The notes under the pieces were generated by a model that saw nothing but the letters and a program-made list of their open reading frames with translations, was not told where the DNA came from and did not search any database. The position numbers and the translations under genes were made by a program. From a virus (taxonomy: Duplodnaviria > Caudoviricetes), in the IMG/VR virus record IMGVR_UViG_3300020465_001196: 64,000 nucleotides of DNA, one strand, 5' to 3'. Shown piece by piece: positions 1-9,044 of the stretch (its first letter is position 1; the number at the start of each line of letters is the position of its first letter).

Positions 1-127
1 TTCATTCTTTTTCTTTGCCCGTTGTTTTAATACTTTTGTACAAATAATTATACAACTATTTGTAGGATAAAAGCAATAGTTAAATCACTTTTAACAGGAA
101 AAATCTGTTAAAAAATACAACTGCCGG

Positions 128-1399
128 TTATTGTTGTAACCAACGTTCTATTTTATATGATAAGTTAGCAGAGTTTGATCCGTGGCTATTTGCCCACTTC
201 CATCTTAAACTTCCACTGCTTATATCTGCCGCAAAGGACACAGCTGATGTGTCGTCAGTTTCAACGTGATTATCGCTGATTGTTGCCGCAGAACCATCTG
301 TGGCAATCAAAATTGTTCCTACTCTAAATTCATTATTATATTTCAAACTATAATCAATTTTGTATACGTTTGCTTCTGATGTTTTGTAACTTAAAACTGT
401 TCCGTTGCTATTTGCCGCTAGTGTTTCAGTTCTCATAAATGAAACATATTGATTAGTTTGATATTGTGGATAACTTGCTTCAGTATAAATTTGTATATTG
501 TTTGCTACACGAGATACTTGGCCTCTTGTTTTATTAATAAATCTTGTTACGTTATATGCTTGTTGTGGCGTATCTAAATCAATTTTTAAATCAGAGTCAA
601 TACTAATTGTTCTTACTGGAGAATGTATTGCTGAATTTTCTCCTAAGAAACTATATGTTGTTGGAACGTTAATTGTATTAATACAGTCATTTGTATTTGC
701 TGTTTCTAATGCAGTTTTTTCAGCATTGGTTACAAACTGTACAAAACCAGTTCCTGTTGTAGCATCAATCCATACTTGATTGTTTGCTAAATCATTTGCT
801 TGCCATTTGTTATAACTTGCTATTGATGTATCAGTTAATTCCCAACTTGCTCTTTTTCTTGTATGTTCAGTTGCCTGTGCTTCTGTCCATTTAACTACAC
901 AAATTTTTGATCCTGCTTCTGGAGCCGTTACAAAATTAATTTGATAGTTACCACCTGGTTGTACTAAATTATATTCGTCGTGTGCTAACGTTGTTGGGTT
1001 ACCATTTGTATATTTTGTTACTACAAGATCTGATGATGTTAAACCTCCAGATGCTTTTGGATGTCCTGTTGGTAAAGAAACGTTTGCTGAACTTAATGCA
1101 TAAGAATTTACTTTAGTTCCGTCACCTGTAAATGTTTGTGTACCTGTTAAATTAAAAAATAATAAACCACTTTGGTTTGGTGACGTACCTTTTATAGTTA
1201 ATAAGTCATCACTAACAAGTTTTTGTGCATTTAAAAAAGGTGTAACTTGTACATCTGAATTTAATAAGTCCTGTGTACCAGCACCTATGTAAACTTCTCT
1301 CGTATCTGTTGCTAAACCAATTTCGCCATCAGCTAAAGGCTGAGGTAAATCTGCTCTTAAACCACGTCTATTTTTAATTCTAGTATATGTTGTTGCCAC
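128..1399 (-). CDS. Probable virion structural protein (tail/baseplate-associated)
   Basis: The N-terminus RIKNRRG..ADLP..LADGEIGLATDTREVYIG resembles starts of phage tail-fibre/baseplate proteins. The protein is Thr/Ser/Asn-rich. It has a GTG start with a GGAG SD and a TAAATA box at 1421-1426. Confidence 0.55.
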   Translation of the reverse strand: MATTYTRIKNRRGLRADLPQPLADGEIGLATDTREVYIGAGTQDLLNSDVQVTPFLNAQKLVSDDLLTIKGTSPNQSGLLFFNLTGTQTFTGDGTKVNSYALSSANVSLPTGHPKASGGLTSSDLVVTKYTNGNPTTLAHDEYNLVQPGGNYQINFVTAPEAGSKICVVKWTEAQATEHTRKRASWELTDTSIASYNKWQANDLANNQVWIDATTGTGFVQFVTNAEKTALETANTNDCINTINVPTTYSFLGENSAIHSPVRTISIDSDLKIDLDTPQQAYNVTRFINKTRGQVSRVANNIQIYTEASYPQYQTNQYVSFMRTETLAANSNGTVLSYKTSEANVYKIDYSLKYNNEFRVGTILIATDGSAATISDNHVETDDTSAVSFAADISSGSLRWKWANSHGSNSANLSYKIERWLQQ

Positions 1400-1419
1400 G
1401 TTAGTACTCCAATATAATA

Positions 1420-2121
1420 CTATTTATTCATTTTGTAATAAGTTTCAACCTTATCAAGCCACTCATTTGTAAATGATTTAAATTCTTCACCCTCTACAAC
1501 AAATTGCTGGTACTGATTATCGTGTGTAACCATAAAAATAACGCCTTTTTGTATGTTTGTGCCATATACTTCATTATGTGCTAATGCATAAGCCGCCGCC
1601 TGCATAAAATAATCATGAATCCACTCTTTTTTCTTAAATTTACGAGCAGTTTTAAAGTCCCCAATTGCCGGTTCACCTTCATGCACACATATTAAGTCTG
1701 CTGTACCACCATAAAGCCCTGGAAATACTAAAGGTGTTTCAATACCCCAAACTTCGTTAACATTTTGAAGTCCATCTTCAATTACAGTATCACTTAATAT
1801 TTTTGCTTGTACATATACTTGATTGGTGCCGGATGGGCGTTCTACACCTTCAATATAACACTCAAGATGTTTATGCATAATTGTACCTAAGTTAGCTGAC
1901 TCTGTAACTATACGTTGTGCTTCTGCGGCCCCTACTCGTTTTTTCCAAGCATTTAGAGCCGTCATATCTTTGGTTTTAGAAAGTATTGATGTTACTGACG
2001 GAACAGGATCTCCGTTAGCATTTACATAATATCGTTGCCCATCCAAATTTTTTCTTTTGAATTCTTCGTATTTAAATTTATTAATCAATAAAGATTTTGT
2101 TGGTGTTGCTATTTCATTCAT
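1420..2121 (-). CDS. PD-(D/E)XK exonuclease (Cas4/RecB-like phage exonuclease)
   Basis: Motifs PSVTSIL, GTIMH, GTADL, DFKT, and Q..AYA..HNE.YG. Confidence 0.85.
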   Translation of the reverse strand: MNEIATPTKSLLINKFKYEEFKRKNLDGQRYYVNANGDPVPSVTSILSKTKDMTALNAWKKRVGAAEAQRIVTESANLGTIMHKHLECYIEGVERPSGTNQVYVQAKILSDTVIEDGLQNVNEVWGIETPLVFPGLYGGTADLICVHEGEPAIGDFKTARKFKKKEWIHDYFMQAAAYALAHNEVYGTNIQKGVIFMVTHDNQYQQFVVEGEEFKSFTNEWLDKVETYYKMNK

Positions 2122-2127
2122 TATATA

Positions 2128-2156
2128 AGTATAACAATTTTTTTATTTAAAGTCAA
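2128..2156 (-). promoter_or_regulatory. Sigma70-type early promoter
   Basis: TTGACT-N17-TATACT on the minus strand, 6 nt upstream of the ATG at 2121. Confidence 0.75.
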
Positions 2157-2157
2157 T

Positions 2158-2484
2158 TTATTTTATGCCAGACTTGGCCGCCTTAGATGCTAATTTAGAA
2201 ACTGTATTAGCCGTGTTATCTTGTTTATTAAATGTTGCGTCATTAGATGGAGTATCTAATTTTATTTCAGTTGAGTTTGCTGATTTTATTTTTCCATTTG
2301 ATGACAAATGTTTTATTAATGCATCTGTGCTTAATGCGTGGCCTAATGATTTTAGTTCACTTGTAAATCCAATTGTATCAATAGTATCAATATCATTAGC
2401 CATCATTGTAACAATAATTTCATTTATGTCAGAGTCTAACTTACTGACATATTTTGCTTGACCTAAAACTTCTTGGATTTTCAT
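2158..2484 (-). CDS. Hypothetical protein, possible internal head protein
   Basis: Clean ORF in a late gene run. N-terminus is MKIQEVL. Confidence 0.6.
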   Translation of the reverse strand: MKIQEVLGQAKYVSKLDSDINEIIVTMMANDIDTIDTIGFTSELKSLGHALSTDALIKHLSSNGKIKSANSTEIKLDTPSNDATFNKQDNTANTVSKLASKAAKSGIK

Positions 2485-2488
2485 TTGG

Positions 2489-3376
2489 TTAAGCCTTTTT
2501 GGCTCTACCTAGTGGCTCTTCTTCAGGACCGCTTGCCGCATCGTCGGCGCCAGTTAAATCATCTGTTGGTTCAAGTTCTACAGGTTCTTCAATGTCAGTA
2601 CCCATATCACCTAAATCAGAATCTGTTGCTGACATATCTGATGTTGCAGGAGCTTCGCCTGTTAATTTTAATACTTCGTTATTAACTGCTTCTTTAGAAG
2701 CTTTGATTGATGAAAGTAAAGTATCTAATTGTGAAGCAACTGCTGTATTAAATGATGCCGCTGACTCACCGCCAAACTGATAAGACATTTGGTCAACTAT
2801 TGCACCAAGCTCATCATTTTGTAATTTACCTAAATCTTCAATCATGTTTTGTAATTCGTCAACAATACTTTTTGCCGCAATTACTATTTCTGCTTTTTCA
2901 ACTTCTTGTTCTAAAAGTTGTTTAATTTCTACAAATTTTTCTTCCACTTTATCACCACCTTGTTTTTTAGCAATGGCTTTTTGTAAGCCTGCTGGTAATT
3001 TCTTTTGTTTGTCAGTTAATTCTTCGTTCTTTTTTTCTTCTTTATCTTTAACTGCTTTTTTCATTGGCTCTTTTTTATCACCATCTTTATCCATATCTAA
3101 AAAATCTGGTTTTGCTTTTGCTTCTTGTGTTTGAATCATATTTTCAACAGCTTCTTTTAATAATAAAGCCTGTACATATTTTGGATTTGAATTGTACGTA
3201 TTAAAAGGTAGAGTTGCTTCTAATTCTGCAATTTTTGTCTTTAATGATTTTTTAACATCATATAACTTTTTGATGTCTTGTGTGTCATACACTTTAAAAC
3301 CATACATGGTTTCTAAAGCTTCACTAATTTTAGCTACTTTGTCTTTTGCTGGTCTATTAAATTCTGATATGTTCAT
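2489..3376 (-). CDS. Hypothetical acidic/coiled-coil protein, likely prohead-associated
   Basis: Has an SD and an upstream TATAAATA. Contains PDFLDMDKDGDKKEPMKKA, an acidic tail, and a basic GRAKKA end. Confidence 0.65.
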   Translation of the reverse strand: MNISEFNRPAKDKVAKISEALETMYGFKVYDTQDIKKLYDVKKSLKTKIAELEATLPFNTYNSNPKYVQALLLKEAVENMIQTQEAKAKPDFLDMDKDGDKKEPMKKAVKDKEEKKNEELTDKQKKLPAGLQKAIAKKQGGDKVEEKFVEIKQLLEQEVEKAEIVIAAKSIVDELQNMIEDLGKLQNDELGAIVDQMSYQFGGESAASFNTAVASQLDTLLSSIKASKEAVNNEVLKLTGEAPATSDMSATDSDLGDMGTDIEEPVELEPTDDLTGADDAASGPEEEPLGRAKKA

Positions 3377-3419
3377 AATGTTTCTACCTTACTAACTATA
3401 TTTATACTTTTCTTTATTT

Positions 3420-4148
3420 TTAAGCCGTATTTTTTTTGAATAATTCAATAATTTTAGCCTTATATTCTAGGGCAAAATCACGATTTTTTTCAAATTCCTC
3501 TGTATTTTTTAATTGTCTTGCGTTATTACCTTCTTTTACAGCATCATAATAACGTCTTTTATATTGTGTAGCCTTATCTGAAAATATAGTATAATCTGAA
3601 TATATTTCATGTAATTCTACCATTCTTGGGTCTGTGCTTATTACATTATCATTTAGATACTTCACTAAACAAAACGCCATTTCGTATAGTTTTACGTCAA
3701 GTACTATATCTTTGTTATCTTTTAATCTAATAACATCGTAACTTTGACGTTTACCTGTGTAATTAATTTTAATTAAATACCCACCTATTTTAATACCTTG
3801 TGCTGTTCTAGTTGTTTGTAATGCTGTTTTAAAGTTAATTCTATTATCTAGTCCAACTTCTACTACTTCTTTTAGCACTGATTTATCTAGTTTATCTAAC
3901 TGATTTATAAGTTTTTTAATTGCATCTAGTTTTGGTTTTTTAGGTTTTGACACCTTTTGTTTAGCTTCTTTTATAACTCTTTCCCAAGCACTAAAAAAGT
4001 CTGATGCTATTGGATTGTCACCAGTCCATTTATCAAGTACTCTGTAGAAGTGTAAATGTGATTCTAAGTCACGAACAGTCATGCCTTCAGTTCTTTCACG
4101 AACTATTTCTAACTGCTCAAATCTATGTTTTCTTCTTTGTCTAAACAT
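3420..4148 (-). CDS. Hypothetical protein
   Basis: 242-aa ORF with genome-typical codon use. No family recognised. Confidence 0.6.
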   Translation of the reverse strand: MFRQRRKHRFEQLEIVRERTEGMTVRDLESHLHFYRVLDKWTGDNPIASDFFSAWERVIKEAKQKVSKPKKPKLDAIKKLINQLDKLDKSVLKEVVEVGLDNRINFKTALQTTRTAQGIKIGGYLIKINYTGKRQSYDVIRLKDNKDIVLDVKLYEMAFCLVKYLNDNVISTDPRMVELHEIYSDYTIFSDKATQYKRRYYDAVKEGNNARQLKNTEEFEKNRDFALEYKAKIIELFKKNTA

Positions 4149-4162
4149 TATAGTATATTATA

Positions 4163-4603
4163 CTACTTTTTTTTATTTTTTGCAACAATATCTGCAAATT
4201 GTACAATTTCAGCAGATTTATCAGCTATTTTATTAATAGCATCTTTAGTTTCATCATCAACTGCTGGTTCTGATTTTTCTTCAGGTTCTGTATTTGTATC
4301 ACCCATTCTATTACCAGCTGACGGATTATTTCCAGTTTTAGTTGCTCCTTTGCTACTATATTCCCCAAGTAATTTTTTAGTAACATCGTCTAATTGTGCA
4401 TACCCAACATCTAATAATATTTTTTTAGCACTTTCTGGATCTTCTTCATCAACTGCTTTTGCTAAATTCATATAGTCTTTAAGTCCTAGAGGCTCTGTAA
4501 GTGATTTAACTACACTTGTAGGCATATGAACTAACTTACTAATTTGATCAGTAAAATCTTTAGATTTTGTTAAACCGTTTATAATATCGTCTTTTAAGCT
4601 CAT
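4163..4603 (-). CDS. Hypothetical protein (start revised to ATG 4603)
   Basis: TAAATA-N5-ATG at 4603 removes the overlap with the upstream radical SAM gene. Confidence 0.6.
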   Translation of the reverse strand: MSLKDDIINGLTKSKDFTDQISKLVHMPTSVVKSLTEPLGLKDYMNLAKAVDEEDPESAKKILLDVGYAQLDDVTKKLLGEYSSKGATKTGNNPSAGNRMGDTNTEPEEKSEPAVDDETKDAINKIADKSAEIVQFADIVAKNKKK

Positions 4604-4607
4604 ATAA

Positions 4608-5765
4608 TTATTTATCATACATATTCTTATCAAATATATAATCCTTTTCGTATACATTTTCTTCTGGTTTAGTAAAAAACTGTCTTTCTACTTCTCTAAT
4701 ACTTCCACCTTTTCTACATTTTAACGCACATTTTGGAACTACATCATCAGTAGAAAAATTAGACCCATTTGAATTAAATGTCCCTGGCAACACTTTATTA
4801 TAATATTCATGCCCTAATATTTCTTCCCAAGAATAATTTAAAATACTATTCCAACCAACTCCATATTTTTTATCTAATTTTCTAATTTTTTCAAATGATA
4901 AAAATTCATATTTGTTAGCATCTTTTCCTATAATTTGAGGATTTCCTTGACCATTATAAAGATCTCCAAAATAACAACACGGCCAAAGTCTTCCATCAAA
5001 TCCTAAATATAACTTTCTGTCATGATAATATAAACATTTTATATCTACTAATTTTTGTACCGCTTCATCATTAAGTTCAAATTCTGTTTCTTTAACTTGA
5101 CTGTGTTGATATTCTTTAGATGTTTGTTTTATTTCAATTTCTTTTTTAACTACTTTTCCATTTTCTTTAACTTTAGCAACTGACTTATAACCTTCATGTG
5201 TATTTCTACTATTTCTTCTAACATTAAAATCAAAATTTAAACGTTCAGCTTCTAGTCTTGCGGCTTCAATTTCATGCTCATTGTGATCAAATGCAATGTA
5301 TTCCCAATTTCCCCATCCGCCACCATCTGCGTATGCTTTCATGTTTCTTAAAATTATATCAAAATTTGTATTAACTCTATATAAATGATTTGTTTCTCTA
5401 TGACCGTCTACACTAAAAGTAACCTTAACTCCAAGCTGTGCTAACTTTTTCCAAAACTCTGGTTTTTGTACTCCACCATTTGTGTCGATTGATACTCTTA
5501 ATGGTTTTGTTGAATTGATATATTCTATTATAGGAATTAAATTTTTATGCATTATAGCATCACCAAACACACCACAAAATTCAATACTTTTTTTATGTAA
5601 GGCTTCTGCTGGAACTCTTGCAATAAAATCTTCTACTGTTAAGTCTGCTACTGTTAATTGTGGATTTGTTTCACCATTTAATGTTCTTGAACATCCAGAA
5701 CATCTGGCATTACAATTTGATGTGATTTCAATTTCAATTCTATCGTAAGTATTGTATATTGTCAT
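4608..5765 (-). CDS. Radical SAM protein with C-terminal Twitch/SPASM-like Cys motif (copy 1)
   Basis: CNARCSGC (CxxxCxxC), FCGVFGD, TNGG, FSVDG, and a distal C..WPCC..CALKC. Confidence 0.9.
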   Translation of the reverse strand: MTIYNTYDRIEIEITSNCNARCSGCSRTLNGETNPQLTVADLTVEDFIARVPAEALHKKSIEFCGVFGDAIMHKNLIPIIEYINSTKPLRVSIDTNGGVQKPEFWKKLAQLGVKVTFSVDGHRETNHLYRVNTNFDIILRNMKAYADGGGWGNWEYIAFDHNEHEIEAARLEAERLNFDFNVRRNSRNTHEGYKSVAKVKENGKVVKKEIEIKQTSKEYQHSQVKETEFELNDEAVQKLVDIKCLYYHDRKLYLGFDGRLWPCCYFGDLYNGQGNPQIIGKDANKYEFLSFEKIRKLDKKYGVGWNSILNYSWEEILGHEYYNKVLPGTFNSNGSNFSTDDVVPKCALKCRKGGSIREVERQFFTKPEENVYEKDYIFDKNMYDK

Positions 5766-5776
5766 GACGTAATTAT

Positions 5777-6067
5777 TTAACGTCTAAGTGCCTTGTTCAT
5801 TTTTGCAACACGTCTAGACGCTGGATTAAACCTTTTTGTTCTTAATGCTTTTCTTACAATTCTTTGACCCATTCGTGCTCTTGTTTTTTTAAGAGTAAAT
5901 CTTTTTTTAATATCCAAAGGTGCACCGCATACACTAGGATTAGAAACAATACGTCCTTTTTTTCTACCAAAAGTACATCTGTATTTTTTAACTACCTTTG
6001 TACCTTTACGTCCAAATATCAAACGTGCTTCATCTATATCTTGACTATATACTTCTGCTATTTGCAT
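5777..6067 (-). CDS. Small basic protein, paralog of 53865-54251 (start revised to 6067)
   Basis: Starts MQIAEV, is very K/R-rich, and has the motif RC..G.KKGRIV..P..C.APL. Confidence 0.65.
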   Translation of the reverse strand: MQIAEVYSQDIDEARLIFGRKGTKVVKKYRCTFGRKKGRIVSNPSVCGAPLDIKKRFTLKKTRARMGQRIVRKALRTKRFNPASRRVAKMNKALRR

Positions 6068-6068
6068 A

Positions 6069-6332
6069 TTAACCTGCCCTATACACAATTGTAAACAATG
6101 TTGTCAACAATGTAATAAACAATGTACCCATTGACCAAATAATAATTCTTTCAATTTTAGTAAATTGTCTTTCTGTATTTTCTTCCATTCTATCCATACG
6201 TATATCTACTTTATCAAAACGTTTTTGAATTTCAGTATGACGTTCATGAGAAACAACAACATGAGTTTCTAAATTATTAGCTTCTGCTCCAAATTGTCCT
6301 TCAGTAATTACTTTTGGTTGATTCTTTTCCAT
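6069..6332 (-). CDS. Small coiled-coil protein with C-terminal transmembrane helix
   Basis: Heptad-like charged segment followed by IIIWSMGTLFITLLTTLFTIVY. Confidence 0.65.
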   Translation of the reverse strand: MEKNQPKVITEGQFGAEANNLETHVVVSHERHTEIQKRFDKVDIRMDRMEENTERQFTKIERIIIWSMGTLFITLLTTLFTIVYRAG

Positions 6333-6333
6333 A

Positions 6334-6738
6334 TTATAATGTCTCCGATTGTGTAAATTCTAAATTTTTAGAACCTGTTGTAGCAACTGCACCACCATTT
6401 AAAATTATACCATCAAATTGATCAATTAGTGCTTGTACTGAATTTCCATTTCTTGCAAATACATCTGGGTGTTCAACTGCAAATTTAAATATCCAACCTG
6501 CACCAGTTAATGATGGAGCACCGTTGGCATTTAAATCGCTAACTCCTACAGGATCATTTGAAATAATTACCTGAGAAAAACCTGCAATTAATTGTACCAT
6601 TGCGTCTAAATCTTTTTGTGTAGCATCAGTATAATCACCAGTCATAGTTATATCTGTTTTAGTATATAAAGTATAAAACTGTAAGTTATTACTAATAAAC
6701 TCTCCACCTCTAGCGGCACCATTAATTCGTACTGTCAT
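6334..6738 (-). CDS. Probable virion structural protein
   Basis: 134-aa Gly/Thr/Asn-rich ORF tightly coupled within the late gene run. Confidence 0.5.
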   Translation of the reverse strand: MTVRINGAARGGEFISNNLQFYTLYTKTDITMTGDYTDATQKDLDAMVQLIAGFSQVIISNDPVGVSDLNANGAPSLTGAGWIFKFAVEHPDVFARNGNSVQALIDQFDGIILNGGAVATTGSKNLEFTQSETL

Positions 6739-8732
6739 TATTTTTTGCCTCTGTCTGAAAAATTAAATTTTTTATCTGCGTAACTTGGTGTTCCACCTCT
6801 ACCAAGTTTGTAACCTAAATATGCACCTGCCAATGCCGCACCAACTGCCATTGCTTTTGATGTTTTAACTTTATCGCCATCAACGAAATCTCGTTCACGT
6901 GCCAGTTTTTGAACATATGATGTTAATGATGACTTAGGTGCATTTGCTCTAAAGTATGTTAGTAAACTAGAAACTAATGTTCTTTTTTCTCTTGTTTTTA
7001 AATTTTCCCAATCACCAGCTAAACGTTTCATAGAACGTAATTTACTATTTGAAATATATAAAGCACCTTGCAATCTCATTAGCATACGTTGTTCAGTGTT
7101 TGTATTTGCATTAGATGAAGCAATATGACTTAAAAATTCTCTAAATGGCATTATATCACTTTTTAATCTATCTACTAAAATTTTGCTGTTTCTTTCATCA
7201 GCAAATTGTATAATTGAACCTTTACCAAATAATGCGTGTAACATTACATATAAATCTGTACCGTTTGATCTAAAATAATCAAAGTTTCTATAACTTAAGG
7301 TTCTACCTGCATAAGTGCTTGCCACTGATGTGTATTTTGATTCTCTGTTCATTACTTGTAAAGCAATACAATGAGCAAAAATTAAATCAGCAAGTTCACG
7401 TGCTGAATACTTTGATACTCCATGTCTTGACTTAAACATTCTTGCTTCTGTAAGCAAACTATCAACAAAGTCTAGTTCTATACCTTCTTTTTTCATAAAA
7501 TTTTTCCTACTAAAATCTAATCTATCCACAACTTTTATTGCATTTCCTATATGGTCAACTGCAACAAATCCTTCTGGATCTCTTACTTTTAATTCATCTC
7601 CATTTTGTTCAAAACTATCAATTGCTTTAATATTTGATAATTTTCTGTATAATATGTCTTTTACACTACCTAATTTTAGCCAAATAGAGTAAAAAGCTAA
7701 CATATTATTCTTATTAGTATTTAAGTAATTTAAGCCAATTTGTAGGGCATTTAAACGGCGTTGTCCAGCAATACCATCACGTCCTGTTTTTAATTGTGCT
7801 ATTTTATCTTCTGCTCTTTTTTTGTAATCTTCAACAAATTGATTAAAAAACAATTCTGGATTTTGCTGTATAGAATTCTGTTTTATATTGTTATTCATAT
7901 TAGCCGCAATGTTTATTTTTAAATCATTACCTGCTTCTGACCCATCTAAGAACTCAAATGCATTTCCTACATTACCTAAATCTTTTTCTATATTAGCAAT
8001 AGCAGAATTAACTGCCGCTGATTCTTGTGCCGTCATAGTTGCCATACCAGAATAATCTTTTATGTATGCATCATCAAACCAAACATCTGCTGTAGGTGTT
8101 AAGTCTGATAAATCAATTCTAAATGATGCTGTCATATTTTCTAAACTATCGCCTTCATATGATGTATGAAAAACAATACCAACTTTTGCTCTATTAATTC
8201 TTTGTCCTATTTCTGAATTAGTAGGTACTGCATATATAATTTCGTTTGGTTGAAAAGTTGTATACGTTTCACCTTCATATGCTTTTTGTTGCAAATCACC
8301 ATCTGTAAACATTAAATCACCTTGTAGTACTCCTTTAATGTTTAACTTTTCTAAATGCTTAAATGCTAATCTTAATTTGCCACGTAAACCACTTTTATCT
8401 ATAGTTTCACCTTTTTGCATTGTATCTGCATGATTTACAGATATGTCTTTCATAGACTTATTTAATTTTGCATCTTTGTTAAAGACACCTTTTGTGCCAA
8501 TAAAAAACTTTCCATCTTTAGGATCTGTACCACAAATGATTGCAGGAGAACCATCCCACTTTGTAGTGATATTGAGCTTCTTCGAAGAATGCCCTTTTAC
8601 TATTTTTGCTAAACCTTTTAAAAAACCAATGGCTTGTACGGCGCCTTTTTTTCCACTAAAAAGACTTAAATCTTCTAAATGTGTTAAATGCGTATTAATA
8701 TTTTCATCAAGTTTAATGTCATTAATTTTCAT
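6738..8732 (-). CDS. KxDG-motif ligase-like nucleotidyltransferase (DUF6267-like) with extra C-terminal domain (start revised to 8732)
   Basis: THLTHLED, KWDGSPA, LQGDLMF, IVFHT and EGFV..K match the order of the covalent nucleotidyltransferase motifs I, III, IIIa, IV and V. Confidence 0.7.
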   Translation of the reverse strand: MKINDIKLDENINTHLTHLEDLSLFSGKKGAVQAIGFLKGLAKIVKGHSSKKLNITTKWDGSPAIICGTDPKDGKFFIGTKGVFNKDAKLNKSMKDISVNHADTMQKGETIDKSGLRGKLRLAFKHLEKLNIKGVLQGDLMFTDGDLQQKAYEGETYTTFQPNEIIYAVPTNSEIGQRINRAKVGIVFHTSYEGDSLENMTASFRIDLSDLTPTADVWFDDAYIKDYSGMATMTAQESAAVNSAIANIEKDLGNVGNAFEFLDGSEAGNDLKINIAANMNNNIKQNSIQQNPELFFNQFVEDYKKRAEDKIAQLKTGRDGIAGQRRLNALQIGLNYLNTNKNNMLAFYSIWLKLGSVKDILYRKLSNIKAIDSFEQNGDELKVRDPEGFVAVDHIGNAIKVVDRLDFSRKNFMKKEGIELDFVDSLLTEARMFKSRHGVSKYSARELADLIFAHCIALQVMNRESKYTSVASTYAGRTLSYRNFDYFRSNGTDLYVMLHALFGKGSIIQFADERNSKILVDRLKSDIMPFREFLSHIASSNANTNTEQRMLMRLQGALYISNSKLRSMKRLAGDWENLKTREKRTLVSSLLTYFRANAPKSSLTSYVQKLARERDFVDGDKVKTSKAMAVGAALAGAYLGYKLGRGGTPSYADKKFNFSDRGKK

Positions 8733-8982
8733 TTTTATTCTGTAAGACCCTTCTAATACCACGTTCAAACTTCGCAGGGTCACCGCTTTTAATACTATTA
8801 ACTAAACGTCTAGTTAATTCACCAGCAGTTTCTTGATCATATGATTCATGAAGCATATCTATAAGATTTATTGCTGAAGAAATAACGTGCCCGGCTCTTG
8901 ATTCAATCAGAGACTCTTTATGTGTTTGAGGTATAACTTGGCTTATTTCTTCAAGTATAGATCTAGTATTTCTTTTACTCAC
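8722..8982 (-). CDS. Hypothetical protein
   Basis: GTG start with an AGGAG SD and an upstream TAAATA box. Confidence 0.65.
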   Translation of the reverse strand: MSKRNTRSILEEISQVIPQTHKESLIESRAGHVISSAINLIDMLHESYDQETAGELTRRLVNSIKSGDPAKFERGIRRVLQNKNEN

Positions 8983-9044
8983 AATTAGGTCTCCTAAATT
9001 TTATACTATTATTTATTATAAAAAGAAGCCTATATAAGTGTGTA

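Noticed and set aside
1420-2121. Cas4-like nuclease suggesting a CRISPR system
   Set aside because: No repeat-spacer array or other cas genes are visible. The motifs fit the common phage exonuclease.
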